This document shows positions 13,134-22,534 of a stretch of DNA of 31,107 nucleotides, piece by piece. The stretch lies in the IMG/VR virus record IMGVR_UViG_3300028805_000028, one strand, 5' to 3'. Made by a program: the position numbers and the translations under genes. The notes below the pieces were generated by a model. That model did no database searches. It was not told where the DNA came from and saw only the letters and a program-made list of their open reading frames with translations. This DNA is from a virus. Numbering within the stretch: position 1 is the first letter of the stretch; every line of letters begins with the position of its first letter.

Positions 13134-13855
13134 TATTTTTCGAGCTCCGCCCGTGTTGCCGGGCCGCAGATGCCGTCCACGGCAAGCCCGTGCTCAACCT
13201 GAAAAGCGAGCAGCGCGCCGAGCGTAAATGTGCCGAAAATGCCGTCGATCTGTCCCGCCGGCAGATATCCCTTGCGCGTAAGCGCCGTCTGGAGCCAGAC
13301 AACCTGCTCGCCGGTGTCTCCCTTGCGGATCAGCGGCTCAGGCTCCGGCGCAGGCTGCGGCGTGTCCGGCTGATGCACAAATCCGATAAACCGGTAATCG
13401 CTGCCCGCACCCCAGTTCCCGCCGCCTTTTTCGCGGTGAGATGTCCAGAACGGATTCGCGCAGCCGTAGCCGGATTCCGATGTGATGATGCTGCCGTCGC
13501 CGTTGATCTTTTCGACGACCGCGACATGACCTGCACCGTCTCCTATTGTCCATGTTTTTCCCTTCGCCCAAACGATGATCGCGCCGAGCTGCGGCTCCGT
13601 GCCGGTCTTGAGTCCCTGCGCCTTTGCGACATCGACGAAATTCTCCGCATCCGGCGGATATGTCAAGTACTTCCAGCAGCCGGCGCCTATGATCTCGTTG
13701 AATCGTCCGGCTGCGTAGCCGACGCAGTTTGCGAGGATATCCGTGCCGGCCTGGAGCGGGTAGCCCTTGATCGCGCCGACAGCATAGCCGCCGCTCGCAG
13801 GGGTGTTGTAATACTTGTTTCCGCTTTCAGGCTTTGTGAGGCGTGGCTTAAACAT
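13133..13855 (-). CDS. Endolysin: CHAP/NlpC-P60-type catalytic domain plus PG_binding_1 domain
   Basis: ANCVGYAAGRF (Cys) and GAGHVAVVE (His). C-terminus GDTGEQVVWLQTALTRKGYL..DGIFGTFTLGALLAFQVEHGLAVDGICGPAT. AGGAG 8 nt before ATG 13855. Confidence 0.88.
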   Translation of the reverse strand: MFKPRLTKPESGNKYYNTPASGGYAVGAIKGYPLQAGTDILANCVGYAAGRFNEIIGAGCWKYLTYPPDAENFVDVAKAQGLKTGTEPQLGAIIVWAKGKTWTIGDGAGHVAVVEKINGDGSIITSESGYGCANPFWTSHREKGGGNWGAGSDYRFIGFVHQPDTPQPAPEPEPLIRKGDTGEQVVWLQTALTRKGYLPAGQIDGIFGTFTLGALLAFQVEHGLAVDGICGPATRAELEK

Positions 13856-13869
13856 TTCAGAATCTCCTT

Positions 13870-15039
13870 TCATTTTCGATACATAATTGTCATTTCGCTC
13901 GGCTGCAAATCAGTCTCCACCGTCAAAGTGTTCTGCCCCTTTACTGTCGGAATCGTGACGCCTGCATCCGCGCTGTGCAGCTCGTCGGCATAATCGCCGA
14001 TTTTGCACAGCGGTTCGTTGACGATTGCGGTTTCGGGTTCTGCGAGGACGTACCAGACTGTGACGGGAGTTCCGGCGGCGTATTGGGCGGCAAGGTATTC
14101 TTTCAGACCTGCAACGGTGTTTCCGCTCGGTTGTGCATTCATTACATCTAAACCAAAGTTAAAGTATATTACATCATAAGATATAGCAACATTGATGCCA
14201 ACTTCTGTCGAAGGGGTGTGATTTAGATTTTGTAAATGAGTGCAGCACAGAGGAGAGCGGCTAATGGGTGCAGATGATAATGCTGTAAATCTAATATAAT
14301 ATAGCGAATTATCAGCAGAAGTGACGTTTTTTCTGTAAAAGTCTGTTTCTTCCTCACCCGTCAGCACCAACTTCTTCACTCTCCGCACCGTCTGCGTCTG
14401 ACCGAGATACACGGGCGTTGTCTGTCCGGCGCAGGTGATCGGGATTTTGTAGCCGTATGGTTCATACGGGGAAGCGGTGCTGCCGAGGTTGAGCATGATG
14501 TTTGTGTATCCTGCATCCGCCCACGTATTGCCCTGTGTTCCGGATGTGCGGATGATCTGATCAGACACGCCGTCTGCCGTAAACGTATACGGTAAAGAGC
14601 TGATTGCTTCAAACGTGTTCGTGCTGCCGTTTTTGATCGTTCTATAAATCGGCGTTGCGGACGCAGCAGAAACAGCATTAAACGTGTATGTTCCTTGCGG
14701 CAAAACGCCGAGATTTGTGCCTTTTCTTTGCGCCGACGCAGATATCGGAACAAGCTCATATACGGCTGAATCAAACAAATTCCCAGTCCTCACGCCGCAG
14801 AAAGTCGGCTGAATCGGCGCGTCAGGTGTAGGCGTGCCCTGCTGCTCCCCGTTGCCTTTCATGCTCCACGAAATCAGCGGCTTGCCGTTGCTCTTGAAAC
14901 TCAGCGGCGGGATTCCGGTCAGCGTCTTACCCGCGCCGCCCATGAGCGTGCTTGCCCTCATGCGGTCGTAGTAGGTCATGCCGGGGCTTGCAATGCCCGT
15001 TGCGGCGAATTTCAGCAGACTATAAAAGTTAGCGCTCAT
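13870..15039 (-). CDS. Tail fiber / receptor-binding protein candidate (389 aa)
   Basis: Position at the distal end of the tail module. Gly/Thr-rich beta-type sequence. Contains an internal low-GC patch. Confidence 0.6.
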   Translation of the reverse strand: MSANFYSLLKFAATGIASPGMTYYDRMRASTLMGGAGKTLTGIPPLSFKSNGKPLISWSMKGNGEQQGTPTPDAPIQPTFCGVRTGNLFDSAVYELVPISASAQRKGTNLGVLPQGTYTFNAVSAASATPIYRTIKNGSTNTFEAISSLPYTFTADGVSDQIIRTSGTQGNTWADAGYTNIMLNLGSTASPYEPYGYKIPITCAGQTTPVYLGQTQTVRRVKKLVLTGEEETDFYRKNVTSADNSLYYIRFTALSSAPISRSPLCCTHLQNLNHTPSTEVGINVAISYDVIYFNFGLDVMNAQPSGNTVAGLKEYLAAQYAAGTPVTVWYVLAEPETAIVNEPLCKIGDYADELHSADAGVTIPTVKGQNTLTVETDLQPSEMTIMYRK

Positions 15040-15451
15040 CCTCCGTCACCTCGCTCTCGGTGTCGGTTCCTCCCATTTCGTTGGCCTTTTCCATCTCATC
15101 ACTGATCTTGTCGATGTCATCTTCTTCCAGGTTGATCGTGTCGCCGTTACTCTCGTCAACGGCCTTTTTGAGCGTCGGGCTCATGCTTAGCGCATTGTTT
15201 GCAGCACTGGTGCTCTGCGGCGGATACCACTCACCGCTGTCACCGCTCAGCGTGACAAAAGTGACTGTATCTGCCTCAACGATCTGCGCGTTTGATCCGC
15301 CTGCAACGATAAAGTTCCCGACTGCATCGCCGAGCGCAGGAAGATCGGCGGCAGTAGCGACTTGCATATCCACGACTGCGACCTGTTTTCCGGTTTGCGC
15401 GTCAATCGTTAAGATTTCACGCGGTGCGCCCTCAATCCTTATCCATCCCAT
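15029..15451 (-). CDS. Hypothetical protein with acidic C-terminus (140 aa from MGWIRIEG)
   Basis: The longer track ORF overlaps the holin gene; the internal ATG at 15451 is chosen instead. Confidence 0.5.
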   Translation of the reverse strand: MGWIRIEGAPREILTIDAQTGKQVAVVDMQVATAADLPALGDAVGNFIVAGGSNAQIVEADTVTFVTLSGDSGEWYPPQSTSAANNALSMSPTLKKAVDESNGDTINLEEDDIDKISDEMEKANEMGGTDTESEVTEDER

Positions 15452-15863
15452 TTTTATGCCCATCCTTTCTCGCACGAGTCGTGCGTTCCGCATTCCCGGC
15501 CTGGAATGCACGCAGTTTTTTGATGATGCGCCGAACCCACACTGCGTCCGGAGCAATCGCACCGTAATTTTCAAGCATGGAAATCAACTCCATGATTACG
15601 ATATACCCAAAGACAAGCCCCGCCGCGATTGCCCCGGAGATTGCAGCGAGCTCGGCTGAGTTGTAATACTCTCCAAGCAGCCGGACCCCAATTTCAAGGC
15701 CGCAGGCGACCGTCATGACGATAATCTCAGAAAGTTTGTTAAGTCCGCCGCGCCGCATCTTCGCGGAGCTGAGATCGTGGCGGATGTATGCCTTGATGAT
15801 ACCGGTGATAAAGTCGGCGGCGGCGAGCCCGATCACGATCGTGATCATGATGATATACTTCAT
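15432..15863 (-). CDS. Holin (phage_holin_4-like)
   Basis: MKYIIMITIVIGLAAADFITGIIKA motif, about four hydrophobic segments, basic C-terminus. Confidence 0.8.
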   Translation of the reverse strand: MKYIIMITIVIGLAAADFITGIIKAYIRHDLSSAKMRRGGLNKLSEIIVMTVACGLEIGVRLLGEYYNSAELAAISGAIAAGLVFGYIVIMELISMLENYGAIAPDAVWVRRIIKKLRAFQAGNAERTTRARKDGHKNGMDKD

Positions 15864-16594
15864 TCATCCGCCCCCTCTTCCGGCTCAGCTTCAGCTTGTT
15901 CCGCCGCATCAATCCGCCCCGCCTGCATCAGCGATGCCGCAGACTGCGCAGAGGCTCCTGATTGCAGCGCAAGGATCATCTCGTAAAGCTCGCGGTTCGT
16001 GGGTGCATATGGCGTAAATGTGTCATCCGTGATCTCTGCGCGGCGGATCATCGGCTTAAACGTGACCGGCTCCGCTACCACATAGCCGGAAGAAATTCGT
16101 ATGTAAACGTCGATCTGCCCGCCTTCGTATGTAAAAGATAATCCTTCTCCGGTATCCGCGCCCTTGCCGGATATGTTGAGACGATACCCTGACGCGCTGC
16201 CGCCGCTTGGACACCCGGAAAGGATGTACGACTCGCCGGAGATCAGTCCCGTTTCGGCATTTGCATTGATATGCAGGTCTGCGTTTCCGCCTGTCACTGT
16301 CCCGGTTCCAACATCAACACTGCCGTCTCCGTTGACGGTGAATTGCATTGTGCGGATTTCCGTGCTGCCGGCCGGATTAACATTCCGTAGGCGGTTCTTT
16401 GCCCCAATCGCTGAAACCGCGCCGATCTCTGCCTCCTGCCGCTGCTGATCTGCCTCAAAGTCGCTGACGATAACCGCCAGCCTTGCTCTCAGACTTCCGC
16501 TGTTTCCCCGCGCAGCGACCACCTCGTCAATATTGTCGTCTACCTCCTGCCCGCTGTGCGAGAGATAGATCTCCTCGCCTTGTACCTGTGCCAT
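15860..16594 (-). CDS. Tail-associated structural protein (244 aa from MAQVQGEE)
   Basis: TGATG junction with the upstream Tal gene. Gly/Ser/Thr-rich beta-type sequence. Confidence 0.6.
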   Translation of the reverse strand: MAQVQGEEIYLSHSGQEVDDNIDEVVAARGNSGSLRARLAVIVSDFEADQQRQEAEIGAVSAIGAKNRLRNVNPAGSTEIRTMQFTVNGDGSVDVGTGTVTGGNADLHINANAETGLISGESYILSGCPSGGSASGYRLNISGKGADTGEGLSFTYEGGQIDVYIRISSGYVVAEPVTFKPMIRRAEITDDTFTPYAPTNRELYEMILALQSGASAQSAASLMQAGRIDAAEQAEAEPEEGADE

Positions 16595-18015
16595 CAGCGC
16601 ACCGCCTTTCGCATGATTTTCAAGCCGTTTTTGTCGCGCATCGGATACCGATCTTTGTCGCGAAGTTGGAAAGCGCCCTCGATCTGCTCCGGCTCGATGA
16701 CGATCGTCTGCGGATATCCCGCCGGCCGTGTGAAAGAATTTTTGCTCCCGAAGACGACCCGTGTGACCTCTCCCGTGATGCCGTCGGTCTCGGTCTCCGT
16801 GATTTTGAGCCACACCGCGCCGCCGAGCCTCTCATCGTAGATGCGCCCGATGTCGCCGACTTTATATCGGAAAAGGCTGATTTCCTGAAAGTCCGGATTC
16901 CGCCGCGCATCCGCCAGCGTGACATCATAGCAGATCACCGGAGAACATGAGCTGTTAAACCGCGCAAAGAGGATCGGGAAAAGGACGTCGAAGATATCGA
17001 CCGTTCCGGCCTCGATCGCCGCGTATGTCTCATCGCCGAGCGTCACCGTGTCGCTGCGCGCGACATTGTGCGGAAACTGCATCAGCGGCCATGCATTGCC
17101 GTCGTAGCTGACTGCGACCCATGCGCCCGTCCGCGTATCTTTGAGCCGCAGGAGCAGGCAGAGCTGCGAGGTGTCCACCGTGCGCACGATGCCGGAGAGA
17201 TTGCGGCCGAGCCGGATGTCAAAGGCATCGTCCCGCGCTCCCTCCATGCGCTCGTTGATCGAAAAGTAAAAGTTATCGCGGTAAAGCTCGCCGCCCTTCT
17301 GGGCGATGATGCCGTCCGAGCCGAGAAGAAGCTCGACCGGCGTGCAGCCGTCCGCATTGATCGTCCGGAGCCACTGCACCGGCCAGATCCAGTCGGATGC
17401 CCACTCGTATGCATAGCGTGTGCTGCCCGGCGCATCGTGTGCCTCCGCGATCAGCATCACGCCGTCGATCGCGGCCTCGCAGCTGTACCACCCGACCACC
17501 GGCGCGCTGTCCGCGTAGCACCAGAGATCGTTGAGCTGATAAAATACGGCCTCCGCCATCGCGGCCACATAGCCGGTTGTCGCCGTCTCGTAGTGCCACT
17601 CACAGCGCTTGATCGTGAAGATCTGCCCGCCGCATTTTATCAGATTGCTTTCTAGGATGTACTGCCAGCGCCCCTCCGGATCCATCGGATGCGTCAGCGT
17701 GAGCGTCCACTCGCCGTTGATGATCTCATGTACCGGCGCAGATGTCGGATGCAGGATCGCGAGGCCGTTCGATATAAACTCCGCTTTTTGCGTGTGCATA
17801 TCGTATATGCAGATGTAGTCCCTCTGATCTAGGAATGCGTATGATATACGTTCCACATCCGGAAACAGCGCGATATACGGGAAGTCGTTGTTCACAAGCC
17901 TTTCCTGCCGCCATGCGGAAAGCGGAAGACTGTTTTTATCTGAGAGCGCTCGCCCCGGAGCATCCGGAAACTCTGTGTTTTTCGGCATTTCGCCGGGAAT
18001 ACCATACCACGACAT
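16594..18015 (-). CDS. Tail-associated lysin/Tal-like minor structural protein (473 aa)
   Basis: NGLAILHP...EIINGEWTLTLTHPMDP...NLIKCGGQIFTIKR...AEAVFYQLND matches the N-terminal pattern of siphovirus Tal / prophage tail endopeptidase proteins. Confidence 0.75.
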   Translation of the reverse strand: MSWYGIPGEMPKNTEFPDAPGRALSDKNSLPLSAWRQERLVNNDFPYIALFPDVERISYAFLDQRDYICIYDMHTQKAEFISNGLAILHPTSAPVHEIINGEWTLTLTHPMDPEGRWQYILESNLIKCGGQIFTIKRCEWHYETATTGYVAAMAEAVFYQLNDLWCYADSAPVVGWYSCEAAIDGVMLIAEAHDAPGSTRYAYEWASDWIWPVQWLRTINADGCTPVELLLGSDGIIAQKGGELYRDNFYFSINERMEGARDDAFDIRLGRNLSGIVRTVDTSQLCLLLRLKDTRTGAWVAVSYDGNAWPLMQFPHNVARSDTVTLGDETYAAIEAGTVDIFDVLFPILFARFNSSCSPVICYDVTLADARRNPDFQEISLFRYKVGDIGRIYDERLGGAVWLKITETETDGITGEVTRVVFGSKNSFTRPAGYPQTIVIEPEQIEGAFQLRDKDRYPMRDKNGLKIMRKAVR

Positions 18016-18019
18016 TCCA

Positions 18020-18820
18020 TCACCCCCCGATTGCGATCGGGAAGCCGATCGAGCGGAGATACGCCGGATCGCTGAGCTGCGCATCCGTCACGCCTCTGCA
18101 TTGCGCAGGGTTATCGGGGACGAAGTTAGGCAGTCCGTCAACGGAAAACAACGTCATGTCGCTTGGAGTTGATCCTCCGCCTCTTTCTCTCGCTCTCGGC
18201 AGTTCGCCATGAATGATGCATCCGGAAAATTGCTTTGACTGGAGATTCCCGGCATTAGGCGCGAAAATTGCAAGTTCCGACTGCTCGCACATATCCGCGC
18301 CTGCATAGTATGGATACCACACAGAGTTTGGCAAATGCAGCTCTATGCGGCAATACCGGACTGCGCCCTGATAAAATGTGTCAAAATTTCCGGCTGCATC
18401 AACATTGAAACTGCTCTTATCAGCTATCCTATTTGTAGACCAGTCCCACCACCGCACGATTCGCCAATAGTTTGAATTTAGCACGGCTGACAATGCCGAT
18501 TTTTGAAAATGAAAATTACCGTCAAAAAGTCCTGCCTCCGATCGTGGCGATGCGGAGCCGATCAGATCAACAATGCGCAGCGAGTCTAAGTACTGCCTTG
18601 CTGATGATCCGTTTGATGTAAAACGCCCATAAAGATGTAGATTTCGGATCGTTGTGCCATTTCCAAGCACGGATGCCCTCCATAGGATATCACCGCTGTA
18701 TCCGTCCGGATATGTGTCGTTCGCATCCCAGTCCGCACCCTCCGGGCAGACCACAGTGTCACCGGCGACCGAGACCGCCGTGACAAACTCCGCAAGACTG
18801 TTGACCTGTACCGCTGCCAT
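18020..18820 (-). CDS. Hypothetical tail-module protein (266 aa), low GC
   Basis: Sits between Dit and Tal. Ends GVTDAQLSDPAYLRSIGFPI. Hand count of line 18401..18460 gives about 37% GC. Confidence 0.6.
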   Translation of the reverse strand: MAAVQVNSLAEFVTAVSVAGDTVVCPEGADWDANDTYPDGYSGDILWRASVLGNGTTIRNLHLYGRFTSNGSSARQYLDSLRIVDLIGSASPRSEAGLFDGNFHFQKSALSAVLNSNYWRIVRWWDWSTNRIADKSSFNVDAAGNFDTFYQGAVRYCRIELHLPNSVWYPYYAGADMCEQSELAIFAPNAGNLQSKQFSGCIIHGELPRARERGGGSTPSDMTLFSVDGLPNFVPDNPAQCRGVTDAQLSDPAYLRSIGFPIAIGG

Positions 18821-19549
18821 TTAGTAGCACCTCCCGTTTCTCTTGATGCTTACGCTCTGACAGATGCCGCCAAGCTGCACGGCATTGACACCCGGCGCGA
18901 GAAAGCGGAAGAGCCCCGCCGTCTGCATTGTGCGGTTGCTGCCGTCCGTGCCGTAGGCCATTTCGAGGTCTGCATCTATTATGATTTTGCTGCCCGCCGC
19001 CGGATTCGTTTCCGGAATCGTGATCGTCAGCGGATGGCCGTTGACGGTCAGCGTTCCCTGTCCGTAGGCCGCGGACAGCGTGATTGTATAAACCGGCTTG
19101 CAGTACCGGTCGCCGGTATTCCGCACGATGCCGCCGCTCGTCAGCTCGACCGTCGGCTCCGCGTCAAGATACTTAAACGGCGCGAGAGTAAAGGTCAGGT
19201 TGTATGTCAGCTCGTTCCCGCGCAGCCTTGCCGTCGGCGTGATGCCGGAAATGCGCTTGACGCGGAAAAAGTACCGCGGGAGCTGCGAAATTTTGAGTTG
19301 ACGCGCACCGTGCAGCAGTGCATAGAGCGCCGAGTTGTCAAAGCGCTCCGGCTCTCCGGCGATGCGCAGCGTCACCGGGTAGGCGATATCGTCAAAGCTG
19401 TCGTCCGGCACGCTCATATCCTGATCGCCGCCCACCGCGTATGTGGCATAGCGCTGCGCAGCCATCGGCGGCGGGCTGAGCGGATCGACGATCAGCCCAA
19501 GCGACCGCGCCGAAACGCCGTCGACCCTGATATCCTGCATCATTTCCAT
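18821..19549 (-). CDS. Distal tail protein (Dit) (242 aa from MEMMQD)
   Basis: Immediately follows the TMP. GGAGGG 5 nt before ATG 19549. Sequence typical of the phage tail family (RVDGVSARSLGLIV...FFRVKRISGITP). Confidence 0.75.
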   Translation of the reverse strand: MEMMQDIRVDGVSARSLGLIVDPLSPPPMAAQRYATYAVGGDQDMSVPDDSFDDIAYPVTLRIAGEPERFDNSALYALLHGARQLKISQLPRYFFRVKRISGITPTARLRGNELTYNLTFTLAPFKYLDAEPTVELTSGGIVRNTGDRYCKPVYTITLSAAYGQGTLTVNGHPLTITIPETNPAAGSKIIIDADLEMAYGTDGSNRTMQTAGLFRFLAPGVNAVQLGGICQSVSIKRNGRCY

Positions 19550-21837
19550 GCCGTCCCTCCGATCCCGCGCGTCTGCTGGATCTGGTAGACCCGCAGAGCT
19601 TCGTCGATTTTTTGCACGATGATATCCCCGACGCGGTCGATGCCATCCGCACCGGAGACCGAGACATTGATCTCGCCGATCTGCACGCCCGTGCCGATCC
19701 GCGCCGCAAGCATATCCATCCACTCTGTATTCCGTTCGAGCGGCAGCACCATTTCCGCGCCGTTCTCGCCAATCAGCGCCCGCGTCGGTCGTGAGACGAT
19801 GCCGCCGGTCGCCATCGGCTTGCCCGGCGTCCAGACAGCGCCCTCGTCGATGTAGCTGCCCTCCATGTTGCCGTGCAGCGAGTCATAGATGCGCTCACCG
19901 ATGCTGCCCCACCAGTCAGCCCACTCGTCCCACTTCTGTTTCACACCGCCCATAAACTCGTCGATCACATCCATGCCGGCTTCCCAGTACTCGCCGAGGC
20001 CGAGGCAGTCAACGATCTTTTTCACGACTTCGCCGATCGCCTCGCCGACCTTGTAAAGCGCTTTTAGCAGCCCTTCGCAGATTTTTGCGATGATCTCGAT
20101 TGATGTATCAATCATTTTTTGCACATTTTCCGGGTCAAAGAAATAGTCGCAGAGCGCCTCGATGATCTTGACCGCCGCATCGAGCAGCAGGTCGAGCGAT
20201 TCTAAAAGGATGTCCACGAGATTTGAGACGACCTCCGGCAGCATCTCGATCATCGCATTGATGCTGTCAGGGCTGAGCAGCCCCTCGATCAATGCGTTGA
20301 TGATATCAAAGGCCGCACGGATCAGCGGCATCAGCGTTTTCGGGTCGGTGAGGATCTCCGCGATCTCCAAAACGACCTGTATGGCGACTGGTATCAGATC
20401 CGGCAAAGCCTTTGCGATACCCTGCACGACCGCCGTGATGATCTGCATTGCCGCCCTAACCACTTGCGGTAAGTTTTTAATCAAAGCAGTTGTAATTGTC
20501 AAAATTGCATTTGCAGCTATTGGGATCAGCGTAGGAAGAAGTTTCACAAGGGTGTCCACGAGCTTATTAAAAATATCAGTGAACGCCGGGATCAGTTTTG
20601 GAAGAAGCTCCTCGACCGCTACTAAAAGTGTGTCAACGACAGCCGGGAGCGCATCGGCGATCGCATTGACGACCGGCTCAACATTTTCGACAACAGAGCC
20701 GAAAGCATCGACCACATTGCCCGCGAGGTTCGCTATGTCGGCCTCTCCGTTTCCAAGCCCGGCAATCAGCGAATCCCACGACGCAGCAAGCAGCCCAAAA
20801 GAACCTGATATTGTTTCCGTCGCCTCTTTTGCAAAGTTCCCGTCATACTGTTCCGTTGTATCGAGAAACATCTGCATCGCTGCCGTGACCTTATCCTGCG
20901 TTGTGGCAAGGTCACCTAGCCCATGCTCTGCGGCGTATGCTTTCAGCGTTGTATCGTTGATTGCGACGCCGAGGTTATCCATCATCGTAAAGTTGCCCTT
21001 TGCGGCTCCGGCGACGGACTCCATAGCGGCCGACATATCTATTCCCATGACAGATGCCATGTCAGCGGCACGCTGCATTGCTTTTTCTGTGATTTCGGAA
21101 GATTTCTCCGCATCAATTCCTGTACCTTGCAGGAGCGCGCCCATTTTGTTTGCCGTTGCAAGGTACTCAGACTGCGAAATGCCAAGATTTTTGTAGGCTT
21201 CTTCGCCTGCTTTTTGCATCCGCTGTGCATAATCCCCGAAAACGGATTCAGAACCGCCAAGATTCTGCTCAAGCTCTCCTGTTTGCTCAAGAACATCCTT
21301 TACAAGCTTTACGGATGCAGCGCCGACCGCCACAAGTGCGGCACCTGCCGCCTTTGCCCCTGCCGCAAGCCCGTTTTTGAGCGTATCGCCGAGCCCACCC
21401 GCCTTTTTTTCGGCGGTCTGCATCTCGGCTCCGGCGTCTTTGGTGCTGTCGGCAAGCTGCTTTTCTTCTTTTCCGGTATCATCCGCCGCACCTTCGAGCT
21501 CTTTAAGCCTTTTCTCTGTCGTCACCAGCTCGCGCTGAAATGCAATGTACTCCTCCGTGCCGATATCGCCTGAAGCAACAGATTTTTTGACATCTTCCTG
21601 CGCCGCTTTCAGCGCGGCAAGCTTTTTGCGCGTCGTCTCGATGGAGTCAGCAAGGAGCTTCTGCCGGGTGTCGAGCAGCTCGGTGTTTGTCGGGTCGAGC
21701 TTCAGCAGTGCGTCCACGGTTTTGAGCTGCTTTGAGAGTGAGATGCTCTCCGATGTGATATCCTTCAGCCCGGCGGTCACGCCGGAGGTGTCAGCGCTGA
21801 TCGCGATCGTCAGGCCGTTGATGCGCTTCTGTGCCAT
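19540..21837 (-). CDS. Tape measure protein (765 aa)
   Basis: Long helical Ala/Leu/Ile-rich protein with an N-terminal coiled coil. Positioned after the chaperones. Confidence 0.92.
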   Translation of the reverse strand: MAQKRINGLTIAISADTSGVTAGLKDITSESISLSKQLKTVDALLKLDPTNTELLDTRQKLLADSIETTRKKLAALKAAQEDVKKSVASGDIGTEEYIAFQRELVTTEKRLKELEGAADDTGKEEKQLADSTKDAGAEMQTAEKKAGGLGDTLKNGLAAGAKAAGAALVAVGAASVKLVKDVLEQTGELEQNLGGSESVFGDYAQRMQKAGEEAYKNLGISQSEYLATANKMGALLQGTGIDAEKSSEITEKAMQRAADMASVMGIDMSAAMESVAGAAKGNFTMMDNLGVAINDTTLKAYAAEHGLGDLATTQDKVTAAMQMFLDTTEQYDGNFAKEATETISGSFGLLAASWDSLIAGLGNGEADIANLAGNVVDAFGSVVENVEPVVNAIADALPAVVDTLLVAVEELLPKLIPAFTDIFNKLVDTLVKLLPTLIPIAANAILTITTALIKNLPQVVRAAMQIITAVVQGIAKALPDLIPVAIQVVLEIAEILTDPKTLMPLIRAAFDIINALIEGLLSPDSINAMIEMLPEVVSNLVDILLESLDLLLDAAVKIIEALCDYFFDPENVQKMIDTSIEIIAKICEGLLKALYKVGEAIGEVVKKIVDCLGLGEYWEAGMDVIDEFMGGVKQKWDEWADWWGSIGERIYDSLHGNMEGSYIDEGAVWTPGKPMATGGIVSRPTRALIGENGAEMVLPLERNTEWMDMLAARIGTGVQIGEINVSVSGADGIDRVGDIIVQKIDEALRVYQIQQTRGIGGTAWK

Positions 21838-21841
21838 GCTC

Positions 21842-22174
21842 TCACTCCTTCAAACGGCGTTCGCACTCGTCGAGCGTCCGCCGATAACTCTCATACTTTG
21901 CCTGCCGGATCTGTCCGGCCTTGTACATTTCTTCGATGTCCGGCTCCATCGCTTTGAGCGTCTGATACTGCTCATAAGGATCCGGCACGTTTTCGCCGTT
22001 CCGGATCCGCATCCGCCGGTTATATGCGGCGATCCAGTCGATCAGATCGCCTGTGTTCCAGTTGTCGAGCTCGGAAAGCGGAAAGCCCATTGACATCAGC
22101 CGCTCTGCGATCTCGGCTGCGGCCAATGGGCTGCTGTCATCTTCGCTGTCGCCTCCGAGCGTCAGCCGTTTTTT
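21842..22174 (-). CDS. Tail assembly chaperone extension (gpT analog) reached by -1 frameshift
   Basis: The -1 frame is open from the heptamer into the 94-aa track ORF (…KKRLTLGGDSEDDSSPLAAAEIAERL…). That ORF has no credible start of its own. Confidence 0.75.
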   Translation of the reverse strand, partial: KKRLTLGGDSEDDSSPLAAAEIAERLMSMGFPLSELDNWNTGDLIDWIAAYNRRMRIRNGENVPDPYEQYQTLKAMEPDIEEMYKAGQIRQAKYESYRRTLDECERRLKE

Positions 22175-22521
22175 GGTGATACCTTGCTTTCTGCAATGAG
22201 CAGCGGCATGATCTGATCAAAAACAAACCAGATGTTGACGCTGTCAAAGCTGTCGAGCCAGTCGAGCTCGTCCGTGATCGTCGGGTCTGCCTGCTGCGCC
22301 ATGATATAGAGGATATCATACATCCATTCAGTCTCGGCGCTCAGGACAGCCGCCGCCTTTTCCTCTTTGGACGCCTCCGGCGTCAACTTTGCGCGCAGGG
22401 CGAGGATCGCCCGCAGATCGGTGGAAAACTCGCGCCCGAACTGCCGCTTGTACCGCAGCTCTGTGCCGAAGGTCTTGCGCACAAGGACTTTCTGCCCGGC
22501 GATGTCGATCGTCTTATCCAT
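22162..22521 (-). CDS. Tail assembly chaperone (gpG analog)
   Basis: Positioned between the major tail gene and the TMP. Ends with the slippery A_AAA_AAC at 22174..22168. Confidence 0.8.
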   Translation of the reverse strand: MDKTIDIAGQKVLVRKTFGTELRYKRQFGREFSTDLRAILALRAKLTPEASKEEKAAAVLSAETEWMYDILYIMAQQADPTITDELDWLDSFDSVNIWFVFDQIMPLLIAESKVSPKNG

Positions 22522-22534
22522 GCTGCCGCCCCCG

